Under the pieces are notes generated by a model that was given only the letters and a program-made list of their open reading frames with translations, searched no databases and was not told where the DNA came from. Positions 32,951-40,606 of a DNA stretch of 64,000 nt are shown piece after piece. How positions within the stretch are numbered: the stretch's first letter is position 1; every line of letters starts with the position of its first letter. The stretch is from a virus. Lineage: Duplodnaviria; Caudoviricetes. Location: positions 12,308 through 76,307 of the IMG/VR virus record IMGVR_UViG_3300020050_005097; one strand, written 5' to 3'. A program made the translations under genes and the position numbers.

Positions 32951-33805
32951 CTAGATCTTGTCGTAGATAATTCCGTCGACGTTGAAGTCGAGGTGGCACA
33001 CCCGTTCGATACCCTGCACGAAGTCCTGGTTGCGCGACTCGTACATACCGAAGTCGATGTAGTTGTCCCCGTCGCCACCGAGAACCCAACCGACAACGGA
33101 TCCTTCCGTAGACCGCTCGTAGCCAAGGGCATCGTAGACCTCATTGAGGAACACGTGACCACGAGACTGGAGCAGATCGTTGGCATAGGCTTGCTGGCAC
33201 TTGATGAAGATCCGATTCAACTCAGGGTTCTTCTTGAAATTGCGAGATCCCTCGTCGAAGAACCGCCCGTAACCAGAGCCACCCTTACCGACAATCTTGA
33301 CCTTCGCCTTCTTGCCGTCAGGAAGTTCGACCTTCTGCGTCGTAATGGCGCGGTGGATCTCCTCTTCCTTCTCATCGCCAAGCGCAGCCTGGGTGCGAGT
33401 ACGATACTCGTCATGCACCTTGGCAAGCGCAGCGTAGGCCGCAGTCATACCAGCATTGCGCCGAGTAAGCTGCACGTGAGAGCCCGTGAGAGCGCCCACA
33501 GAGGCTCCTAAGACGATAACCGGCGGAGCATACAGCTTCACCACCTTGCTGACGTTTACGCCGTACACGAGTGCCAGGGCCCGCTTCTGCTCATCAGGGT
33601 CATCGATGTTCTCACGAACCGCCTCAAGGTCCTGCTTCATCTTCGGAAGTTCTTCCGAAAGCTTGAGGGTGGCACGACAAGCCATGACCGTTCCCGTGGC
33701 CACACCAGCGATACCACCAGCAAACATGATGTTGGGGGCGTTCTTCTTGAGAAGAAGGGCGGCGCGGAACAGGCTTTTCGTAACTCCTACTGGAATCATA
33801 CTCAT
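32951..33805 (-). CDS. DUF6353-like protein
   Basis: hydrophobic N-terminal helices; RGHVFLNEVYDALG; LDFNVDG. Confidence 0.75.
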   Translation of the reverse strand: MSMIPVGVTKSLFRAALLLKKNAPNIMFAGGIAGVATGTVMACRATLKLSEELPKMKQDLEAVRENIDDPDEQKRALALVYGVNVSKVVKLYAPPVIVLGASVGALTGSHVQLTRRNAGMTAAYAALAKVHDEYRTRTQAALGDEKEEEIHRAITTQKVELPDGKKAKVKIVGKGGSGYGRFFDEGSRNFKKNPELNRIFIKCQQAYANDLLQSRGHVFLNEVYDALGYERSTEGSVVGWVLGGDGDNYIDFGMYESRNQDFVQGIERVCHLDFNVDGIIYDKI

Positions 33806-33813
33806 ATTTCTCC

Positions 33814-33948
33814 TTAGATTTTTCCGTTCGCCACAAAGCGAAGGTATACTGCTGTTACTTGGGCGTCCGACATGTTTTGCACCTTTTTGGCCCAAGCGGG
33901 GCCAGGATATGCATTTGCGATCGCCGCCCGTTGCTGTTGGACGTCCAT
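33814..33948 (-). CDS. 44-aa micro-protein (MDVQQQRAAIANAYPGPAWAKKV...)
   Basis: hand-translated; AAGGAG SD. Confidence 0.7.
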   Translation of the reverse strand: MDVQQQRAAIANAYPGPAWAKKVQNMSDAQVTAVYLRFVANGKI

Positions 33949-33957
33949 TACTACTCC

Positions 33958-34098
33958 TTACAAATGTTGGAGGATCACGTCAGCGACAATCGTTGCGCAG
34001 ACTGCTGCTATGATTGCGCCGCGTTTTGTTTTGGTGTAACTATCAACCACGCTCACCACCGACCACCCGAATATTACGGCAAAGAGAATGGCAGCCAT
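33958..34098 (-). CDS. 46-aa two-TM micro-protein
   Basis: hand-translated; TGATG coupling. Confidence 0.6.
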   Translation of the reverse strand: MAAILFAVIFGWSVVSVVDSYTKTKRGAIIAAVCATIVADVILQHL

Positions 34099-34718
34099 CA
34101 AATATGCTCCACCGGTGGGAACATCACGAGCCATCCGTCACGAACCCTTCGAACCTCGACATGCGCAAGACTGCTCCAACCCCAGTTGGTATCGACGAAC
34201 GAGGTCGGCTGCCCAATGAGATCCTTGAGATCCTCGAGGGACGCGAACTCATACTGCTCAATGACACTACCAAGCGTCTCGACCACCAGCACAGCCTCTT
34301 CTTCACTTTCGAAGACGATATCGCTGGCATCACGTCGAGCGGGACGAACACGAGACGACTCTCCCGGAAGGAACCCGCGGGCCTGTGGGCTATACCGGTC
34401 TACGGCTCGGTTGTACTGAACACGAGAGGTGCTTCCACCAGAGGACGACCGACGAGGAGCAGAGTCCCCGTAGATCATTCGCTCGACGCCCTGTGTGGTT
34501 GCTTCCACAATGGTCCGACGAAGAGCGGGTAGAAGAACTTCTGCCACAATAAAGCTGGCAGCCGCTCGTCCATCCCCACCAATAAACACCTCTTTGACCT
34601 TCGAGCCGAAGGAACGCTTGCGCTCGATCACCTTACCGGTGACAACCTTCTCAAGGTCCTTCTTCACAGGCTTCTTTTCTTCTTTGCCCTTGTGTGAATT
34701 ACCTGGGAAATCTTCCAT
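34098..34718 (-). CDS. conserved phage protein
   Basis: 206-aa ORF, AAAGGA SD. Confidence 0.8.
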   Translation of the reverse strand: MEDFPGNSHKGKEEKKPVKKDLEKVVTGKVIERKRSFGSKVKEVFIGGDGRAAASFIVAEVLLPALRRTIVEATTQGVERMIYGDSAPRRSSSGGSTSRVQYNRAVDRYSPQARGFLPGESSRVRPARRDASDIVFESEEEAVLVVETLGSVIEQYEFASLEDLKDLIGQPTSFVDTNWGWSSLAHVEVRRVRDGWLVMFPPVEHI

Positions 34719-34744
34719 GTGATCCTTTCATAGATTAATTGGAA

Positions 34745-34781
34745 AGAAGAGGGAATACCGTGTTGCTTTGGTATTCGCCTC
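34745..34781 (-). terminator. terminator hairpin, family II
   Basis: gggaatacc-gtgttgcttt-ggtattc; near copy of 69-101. Confidence 0.75.
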
Positions 34782-34786
34782 CCGAA

Positions 34787-35068
34787 CTACTTTCTCTTGT
34801 TCCTTTTCTCCTCGAGTTTGTCTCGGAACTTCGGCTTGAATTCGTAGTCGAAGTAGTCCCAGGCCTTATCGATCTTGATGTCGACGCGCTCTTGGATGAC
34901 ATCTTGGATGACCATCGTTGTTGCGAACTTGGCCGCCGTGACAGGAAGCTCTTGGGTAAGAGTCTTGTCTTGGGGCGTGTTGTTGTCAACGATGGACCAG
35001 ATGATCTGAGAGATGCCGGCGCCAATGACGAAGCCTGAAACTTTCTTTACGATTTTGCGTCCGTCCAT
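34787..35068 (-). CDS. hypothetical protein (cassette)
   Basis: own promoter and terminator; GC3-rich. Confidence 0.8.
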   Translation of the reverse strand: MDGRKIVKKVSGFVIGAGISQIIWSIVDNNTPQDKTLTQELPVTAAKFATTMVIQDVIQERVDIKIDKAWDYFDYEFKPKFRDKLEEKRNKRK

Positions 35069-35103
35069 AGGGTCCTTTCGGATGTAGGGTGGATGAGTGG
35101 TTC

Positions 35104-35128
35104 ATTATAGGGCGTGTTATTATTGCGT
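35104..35128 (-). promoter_or_regulatory. 25-bp conserved promoter-like motif
   Basis: attata-gggc-gtgttattattgcgt. Confidence 0.8.
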
Positions 35129-35261
35129 CTGGTAGGACATAACCCACCGAATTAACAACAACCCGAAAAAGCCGATTAGTATCCAGAAAAACACCCAAGT
35201 GACGGCGTCGATAAGGCCCCAGAAAATATGGGTTAAGATCGACCACGTTTTACTTCGACTA

Positions 35262-35741
35262 TTACGCCGCAGGAGGATCACCAAAATCAATTTCAGTAGC
35301 AGTAGGATCTGCGGTGTCGCTGACATTGAGTGCGTTTGCGGTCTTCAACTTGAGCATCTCGCCAGCAGCGGCTTCGGACATCTCGGCGGGAAGAATCCCG
35401 ATCACGAAATTGGCGGCGGCATCGGCATCGGTGACAAACTGCATGAGAAGCGCGTCGTATGCGGCAGAGCACCGGAACGTCTCTCGATCGGCGTCGTTCT
35501 TAATGAAGGCCTTGCCGTCTTCACTCTTCCTACCATAAGAAGTAAGAATCAGATTCTCGAAGAACTCGAACAGTTCCTGCTGGTTGTCTTCCTTCTCGGT
35601 AAGCGCACGCATTGCATCGGCGAGACCACCCTTGACAGAGATCTCGAGCCGAACAAGCTCGACCTTCGTGAGGTTGAAGTGAAGCGTTTCGGTCTGCTTA
35701 ACGCCGTTGAAATCGTCGTACATGATAATGTGCTTAAGCAT
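35262..35741 (-). CDS. conserved phage protein
   Basis: YDDFNG...LHFNLTKVEL...YGRKSEDGKAF. Confidence 0.8.
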   Translation of the reverse strand: MLKHIIMYDDFNGVKQTETLHFNLTKVELVRLEISVKGGLADAMRALTEKEDNQQELFEFFENLILTSYGRKSEDGKAFIKNDADRETFRCSAAYDALLMQFVTDADAAANFVIGILPAEMSEAAAGEMLKLKTANALNVSDTADPTATEIDFGDPPAA

Positions 35742-35849
35742 TTCGGGTTTCCTTTGTGTTTGTTTAGAATAGAAAGAGAAAGAGAAAGTCCTAGTTTTTG
35801 AGGCTAGGGCTTTCCCTGTAGGGGCACTTCCTTGGGCACTACTTGGGCA

Positions 35850-36104
35850 CTACTCGGTGTCGGTCTCGAACACGTCGATGATGCCGTCGCTGTCGTTGTC
35901 CGACGAGTCGGTGGAGTTGGGGTCCGACCCGAGCGCGTTGGCTCCGGCGACGAGCACGGCGGCAAGGACGGCAGCGGCGCCGAGTGTGACGGCGGTCTGG
36001 TGGTCCTTGGTCCATGCCTTCGCACGGGTCCAGCGCGACGGGGCGTCCTCCTCGACCTTCTCGATGGAGGTGTTGGCGGTGACGGGGGTCAGGTCGGTGG
36101 TCAT
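35850..36104 (-). CDS. single-TM acidic protein (cassette)
   Basis: extreme GC3 bias; own promoter. Confidence 0.8.
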   Translation of the reverse strand: MTTDLTPVTANTSIEKVEEDAPSRWTRAKAWTKDHQTAVTLGAAAVLAAVLVAGANALGSDPNSTDSSDNDSDGIIDVFETDTE

Positions 36105-36150
36105 GATTGACTCACTTTCTTGCTGTGGTTGTGGGTTGGGGATGTGGTCC

Positions 36151-36175
36151 ATTACAGGGCCTGTAAATCCTGCGT
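36151..36175 (-). promoter_or_regulatory. 25-bp conserved promoter-like motif
   Basis: attaca-gggc-ctgtaaatcctgcgt. Confidence 0.75.
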
Positions 36176-36177
36176 GG

Positions 36178-36924
36178 TTATGTCAAAACTTTCGTGTAAT
36201 TGTAGTCGAAAGCCAGACATGGCCGCCCATCCTCACATAGAATTGACGTGAAGTCCAACGATAGCTGTTTGTCAGCCTCCCAACCAATACGACCCGAATC
36301 AGATGTCGGAGGAATCCCAATCATGTAGTAGAAATCGCTAAGCGTCACATACATGTCGCTCATGAGCTTAGCGTTTACATCGTTCTGGGACTTTCGGAGC
36401 TTCTCCATGTCGCAATTGAAATACCTACCGGTAAACAATTCGCAACACATTACAGGCCCACTACCCACAACGATGGTTTCCCCCGGGGGATTTGCTCGAA
36501 TATGGTCTTTGGCGATTTCCTCACGGATCATTTGATCTTTCTTCTCACCGTGAACTTCGATCGCCTTTTCCCGGTATTCGGCGAATCCTTTCTCGGCAAC
36601 CGCAAGCAGCGAATATGCAGCCGCCGTTCGCTTTGAACTGATGTGGTTTGCGCCCAGAATGCTACCAACAGTGACAGCGCCCGCTGCTACCGCCGGAATA
36701 TACAGGTCCCACACAAGCTCAATCTTTTCACCAATTGTGGTGGGATTATTCTCAGGAGCCTCCATGTACTCGTGATCCCTGATTCGGATAGCAGCTCTGT
36801 ATGACGCCTTACCTGCTAAATATGCGGTGCCGATTGTTCCGCTGACACCCAACGCGGTAAGGATCGCCGGAGAGTTCGACTTGATTACCTTCTGTGCACT
36901 TTGAGCAAGACTAATGAGATTCAC
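36178..36924 (-). CDS. DUF6353-like protein
   Basis: NSPAILTALG...ELFTGRYF...VTLSDFY. Confidence 0.75.
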   Translation of the reverse strand: MNLISLAQSAQKVIKSNSPAILTALGVSGTIGTAYLAGKASYRAAIRIRDHEYMEAPENNPTTIGEKIELVWDLYIPAVAAGAVTVGSILGANHISSKRTAAAYSLLAVAEKGFAEYREKAIEVHGEKKDQMIREEIAKDHIRANPPGETIVVGSGPVMCCELFTGRYFNCDMEKLRKSQNDVNAKLMSDMYVTLSDFYYMIGIPPTSDSGRIGWEADKQLSLDFTSILCEDGRPCLAFDYNYTKVLT

Positions 36925-37037
36925 TCAGGGGTCTCTCCTTTTCGTACGGCTTTGATGAATTCATATACGATGATGAACCAAAAGAGCAAACCACCAAGCC
37001 ATGCCATACGGTCTAGAACGTCTTTGATGAGGTTCAT
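36921..37037 (-). CDS. 38-aa membrane micro-protein
   Basis: AGGAG SD; single TM. Confidence 0.65.
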   Translation of the reverse strand: MNLIKDVLDRMAWLGGLLFWFIIVYEFIKAVRKGETPE

Positions 37038-37048
37038 CGTTACTCCTA

Positions 37049-37399
37049 TTACTTCTTGGTGCGGAACGTGCGTTGGTATTCGGCGTTGGTAAGAACGACG
37101 AATTTGGTTTTGTCCATCATTGGATCGTACAAGCGAACAATCCAAGTTCCACTAGGAGCAATCTGCGGGTCTTCAGGACACTCCCGACAGTACACATGAA
37201 AGTGATATACGACATCGTGGGAAGTATCCCATCCGACATCGTGGGAAGTATCCCATCCGACGCGCTTAACGTTCTTGAAAATCGTCTCGATCTTGTCCGC
37301 ATCAGCAAGAGAACAATTAAGCGGGACAAAAACCGCCTTGATGGAGGGCTTACAAAACTTGGGTTTTTCGACCTTGATCTTATGCTTTTTTTTCTTCAT
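37049..37399 (-). CDS. hypothetical protein with 8-aa tandem duplication
   Basis: AAGGAG SD; VGWDTSHD twice. Confidence 0.7.
   Translation of the reverse strand: MKKKKHKIKVEKPKFCKPSIKAVFVPLNCSLADADKIETIFKNVKRVGWDTSHDVGWDTSHDVVYHFHVYCRECPEDPQIAPSGTWIVRLYDPMMDKTKFVVLTNAEYQRTFRTKK
37210..37261. repeat. 24-bp perfect tandem duplication
   Basis: cgacatcgtgggaagtatcccatc twice. Confidence 0.9.
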
Positions 37400-37423
37400 T
37401 AGTGCTCCTTATTATTGGATAGA

Positions 37424-37543
37424 AAAAAGGTATGAGAAGACTTGGGTATCATAGCCCAATCGTAACTATGATTTGGCGGCTTTGCTTCCGCACCAGGCAG
37501 GTAGGTCTTACACCTACACATTCGTGTCTTGCCTTCTTCTCAT
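37424..37543 (-). ncRNA. candidate ~110-nt leader/small RNA
   Basis: promoter motif upstream, 9-bp closing inverted repeat, U-tract, no ORF. Confidence 0.5.
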
Positions 37544-37566
37544 CTTAGGGCGTGTTTTTTCTGCGA
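37542..37566 (-). promoter_or_regulatory. 25-bp conserved promoter-like motif
   Basis: atctta-gggc-gtgttttttctgcga. Confidence 0.75.
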
Positions 37567-37573
37567 GGTGAGA

Positions 37574-37607
37574 GAAGAACATAACCCTTGCGGATTAGAG
37601 GTTCTCA
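37574..37607 (-). terminator. terminator hairpin, family I
   Basis: gaagaacataacccttgcggattagaggttctca. Confidence 0.7.
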
Positions 37608-37627
37608 ACTCACTTCTCGCTAGACGT

Positions 37628-37843
37628 TTAGCTGATACTCGACTTCAGCAATCGACCTCCGATGGTACGAACCACGAGCACACCGTCCTTCACGTGGCTG
37701 GGCTTGACCATGCGGAAACCGAAGAGTCGGCAGCCAATGGTGTACGCACTGATGATGACGATGGATTCGACGACCAGCGAAGCAATGCCGGAGGAATCCG
37801 AGGTCTTTTCGTTTGTGGTTGGTTGGTTGACGTTGTAGTCCAT
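37628..37843 (-). CDS. membrane micro-protein
   Basis: AAGGA SD; TM segment. Confidence 0.7.
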   Translation of the reverse strand: MDYNVNQPTTNEKTSDSSGIASLVVESIVIISAYTIGCRLFGFRMVKPSHVKDGVLVVRTIGGRLLKSSIS

Positions 37844-37847
37844 TTGA

Positions 37848-38321
37848 TTAGTTCCTTGGTAGTTTGGTTTCCATCAGCATCTGAAAGAAAGTGTTGGTCT
37901 CTTCTGGAGGCCAACGAAATGTGGTACGAAAGCCGAACGCCTTCGAATAGGTGGGCTCGATGCAGTAGTAGGCATCACCACCGTTATCGAAAGCCACGCT
38001 TGGGTCGGAGTTCTTTCGTATCCAGTTGAAGCGTACTTCTTTGTAGCCATGGATTAGGTTTCTGAGAAACCGCTTCGACTCGGGAGAGTATTTCTGAAAC
38101 GCCCATGATTTGACGATTCTCCAGAGAAGACCCCATAGCGTGTTTGTATTGGCTAAGAAGTACGCGTTACGAACAGTATTCCCCTGGCATGAGAACTGCG
38201 AGCACACCCCGTGGATCTTAAGAACGATCAACAGGTGTAACACGCCCTCGTCCACCCGGACGTTTCGACCGAAGTAATCCTTAAACCACGTTTGCTTATG
38301 TCTTGGCGCGTCGACTCTCAT
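37848..38321 (-). CDS. hypothetical protein
   Basis: GGGAG SD; 157 aa. Confidence 0.65.
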   Translation of the reverse strand: MRVDAPRHKQTWFKDYFGRNVRVDEGVLHLLIVLKIHGVCSQFSCQGNTVRNAYFLANTNTLWGLLWRIVKSWAFQKYSPESKRFLRNLIHGYKEVRFNWIRKNSDPSVAFDNGGDAYYCIEPTYSKAFGFRTTFRWPPEETNTFFQMLMETKLPRN

Positions 38322-38400
38322 TAATTACTCCCATTTTGACATTAGGATGGAAAAGGATAACCAGTGTAGAACCTGGTCATTGCCTTTCACTGCTTGTCAT

Positions 38401-38685
38401 TCAGACTGCTTCGGCAGCAACCTCGGCCACGTCGACGGCCTTGGTGATGGTCTGGGTGAAGACTCGACCGGTCTTGAAGACGATCTTGGTGACGGTCTCT
38501 CCGGCGGTCTCGACCGTGTCCATGCTGATGGGGGTGTTCGTGGCAACGGCCCACCAGGCGTAGGCAACACAGCCGGCGGTGCTGGCGGCCATGCCGGTCC
38601 AGAACACGATCTCGGGGGCGTTGTCCTTCAGCTTCTGCTTGAGGGACTTCTTGGGGATGGCGATGTTGGTGACTTCTCCGGGCAT
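38401..38685 (-). CDS. single-TM protein
   Basis: AAGGAG SD; GC3-rich. Confidence 0.8.
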   Translation of the reverse strand: MPGEVTNIAIPKKSLKQKLKDNAPEIVFWTGMAASTAGCVAYAWWAVATNTPISMDTVETAGETVTKIVFKTGRVFTQTITKAVDVAEVAAEAV

Positions 38686-38793
38686 GATTTGCTCCTTGTG
38701 GAATGGATGGAAGAAAGGGGTGAGAGTCAGTTCTATTTGCTTTGGCTATTGCTAGCGTTGGCTACCGTACGGATACGGATAGATCTTCTTCTC

Positions 38794-38818
38794 ACTCTAG
38801 CCCTTGTTATTTCTGCGT
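38794..38818 (-). promoter_or_regulatory. 25-bp conserved promoter-like motif
   Basis: actcta-gccc-ttgttatttctgcgt. Confidence 0.7.
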
Positions 38819-39004
38819 GGTCTTTCTACTGTCTCGCATGTGCTGAGTTCTAGTTAGCGAGGCTAGCGTTTCCGCACTACAAGAAAGAGATGTTGCTATA
38901 TTGCCAAGAGTCTCTTTATTGTGTCCTGGTTGATTAAGAAGGATTGCCGCACGGTTAATGTTGTCTCGGACCTTGTCGGCTAGCTCTTGCAGATCTTTAT
39001 CCAT
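38807..39004 (-). CDS. helical micro-protein
   Basis: TAATG coupling. Confidence 0.65.
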   Translation of the reverse strand: MDKDLQELADKVRDNINRAAILLNQPGHNKETLGNIATSLSCSAETLASLTRTQHMRDSRKTTQK

Positions 39005-39204
39005 TACCCCTCCGATATAGATTCTAGGTCACGCTTACATTGGCCGTCGGAGATGTCTTTCAAAAGCTTATGGACATCTCCGATGATGTCAATCACTTGG
39101 TACAACTGAGGGTGCGTGAGGTCATTATCTCGCAGCATCTTTGAGCACGTCTCTAACGATTCGCACGCACCCACGACAACAATTTGATAATCGGGATCGA
39201 CCAT
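39004..39204 (-). CDS. helical micro-protein
   Basis: GAGGA SD. Confidence 0.65.
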   Translation of the reverse strand: MVDPDYQIVVVGACESLETCSKMLRDNDLTHPQLYQVIDIIGDVHKLLKDISDGQCKRDLESISEG

Positions 39205-39210
39205 GATTCC

Positions 39211-39423
39211 TCAGATCTTTGAGATCAGGGCCAGGACGACCTTGCGGGCGGTATCAGCAGCGACGTAGAGCACGACGAGCTTGGTGACATCTTCGACGAT
39301 CTTCTCGACTGCGACCGTCGTTGTGGCGATGACGTCGGCACTTGATTCGGACGGCTGGACTTCTGTGGTGTCTTGCGGGTCTTTCTTGACCATGGAAACT
39401 TGGAGTGCACGGTTCTTGAGCAT
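39211..39423 (-). CDS. hypothetical protein
   Basis: AAAGGA SD; GC3-rich. Confidence 0.8.
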   Translation of the reverse strand: MLKNRALQVSMVKKDPQDTTEVQPSESSADVIATTTVAVEKIVEDVTKLVVLYVAADTARKVVLALISKI

Positions 39424-39452
39424 TAAGGGTCCTTTCGGGATTAGAAGAAAGA

Positions 39453-39495
39453 AGAGGGGGGTCCTCAGTATATGGGCATACTGAGGACTCCCCTC
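39453..39495 (-). terminator. strong intrinsic terminator
   Basis: gagggg-gtcctcagta...tactgaggac-tcccctc stem and U-tract. Confidence 0.8.
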
Positions 39496-39519
39496 GCTAG
39501 AACCAGCGTGATGCTGGAG

Positions 39520-39612
39520 CTACTGCGAGTTGAACTTGGCGTAGGTGGCGTAGCCGGCACCGCCGACGATGGTGGCGATGATGGCGATGAGGCCGAGCTT
39601 GCGCTTGTTCAT
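39520..39612 (-). CDS. 30-aa membrane micro-protein (MNKRKLGLIAIIATIVGGAGYATYAKFNSQ)
   Basis: hand-translated; AAGGAGG SD; own promoter. Confidence 0.75.
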   Translation of the reverse strand: MNKRKLGLIAIIATIVGGAGYATYAKFNSQ

Positions 39613-39641
39613 GGCAGATCCTCCTTGGATCATTGGGGTTC

Positions 39642-39666
39642 ATTATAGGGCCTGTTATTTCTGCGA
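39642..39666 (-). promoter_or_regulatory. 25-bp conserved promoter-like motif
   Basis: attata-gggc-ctgttatttctgcga. Confidence 0.8.
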
Positions 39667-39746
39667 GGCGTAGAAGAAGGTAACCCGTGAGGGTCGCCTT
39701 CCGTTCACTATGATGGGGGGGGTCTAGTGAACAAGTTGGTTGGTGT

Positions 39747-39857
39747 TCAACCTCGTCGGATTTCCCTGATGATGATCCAGATGATCCAGAGACCACCCGT
39801 GAGGATCGTCAGGAATCCATCCAACAAGAAGCTGAACAGACCGTACTTGTTTTGCAT
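39747..39857 (-). CDS. 36-aa membrane micro-protein (MQNKYGLFSFLLDG...)
   Basis: GGAGGG SD; own promoter. Confidence 0.75.
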   Translation of the reverse strand: MQNKYGLFSFLLDGFLTILTGGLWIIWIIIREIRRG

Positions 39858-39884
39858 TTGGTCCCTCCTAAGGGATAGTGGTCT

Positions 39885-39909
39885 ATTATACGGGTTGTTA
39901 TTGTTGCGA
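39885..39909 (-). promoter_or_regulatory. 25-bp conserved promoter-like motif
   Basis: attata-cggg-ttgttattgttgcga. Confidence 0.8.
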
Positions 39910-39920
39910 CACCTGCGAAA

Positions 39921-40200
39921 TACCCTCAATTTACCAGAGACCCCTCTAATTCTTCTTCTAAGCGATTTAATGCTCCGGCGAGTATAATCACCCGGCTTTG
40001 GTATTAAAGTCGCTTAGAACGCAAATGAGAGGGTAGTTTTTTGAATTGTTTGTCTAGAAAACCCACCCGGGGAATTTTGCGGTCCAATTTTGTAGAAAAG
40101 CTTTGAATAAAGGCGGTTTATTGTAGTATAAAGACTAGTATATTAAGATTTACTGCCATTTTGACTGTTTGCTGGAAAAAAAGATAGTGCATGTTAATCG
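39921..40200. other. AT-rich palindromic intergenic region (possible origin or genome end)
   Basis: nested inverted repeats 39921-40035; A/T tracts. Confidence 0.35.
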
Positions 40201-40210
40201 AACAACGAAA

Positions 40211-40253
40211 CATGTATGCCGTGTAAGTGTTTTAAGTTTACACGGCATACATG
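40211..40253 (-). terminator. perfect 16-bp inverted repeat terminator
   Basis: catgtatgccgtgtaa/ttacacggcatacatg. Confidence 0.8.
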
Positions 40254-40271
40254 CGGTTCGCTATGTCGAGG

Positions 40272-40556
40272 TCAGGTCTTTGAGGTCTTCGTGATGATTC
40301 CGAACGCCTTCGACACGAGCACGTGGCTGTGCTCATACGCGACGATGACAAGCACCTGCGCGAGGGTTCCGCCGACGATCAGCCAGGTATCGGCACTGGG
40401 TCGATTCGAGCGCTTGGCGCTTTTGATCAACTCCAGTTCCTTCAACTGGTGAACGAGGGCTTTGGCCTCGGGTGAGTGCGAGTCAACGGCTCGCATTTCG
40501 CTGTAGATGCGTGCAATCGCGTCGTCGACGTCCGAGTTCTTCTTTCGAATACTCAA
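40272..40556 (-). CDS. membrane protein (cassette)
   Basis: C-terminal TM; own promoter; GC3-rich. Confidence 0.8.
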   Translation of the reverse strand: MSIRKKNSDVDDAIARIYSEMRAVDSHSPEAKALVHQLKELELIKSAKRSNRPSADTWLIVGGTLAQVLVIVAYEHSHVLVSKAFGIITKTSKT

Positions 40557-40579
40557 GACTGTCTCCTTTCTATAGGGTC

Positions 40580-40604
40580 ATTATAGGCCATGTTTTTCCT
40601 GCGA
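40580..40604 (-). promoter_or_regulatory. 25-bp conserved promoter-like motif
   Basis: attata-ggcc-atgtttttcctgcga. Confidence 0.8.
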
Positions 40605-40606
40605 CC

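Noticed and set aside
35120-35326. Hydrophobic 68-aa minus-strand ORF
   Set aside because: Overlaps the upstream gene and the promoter motif, and no SD-supported start was found.
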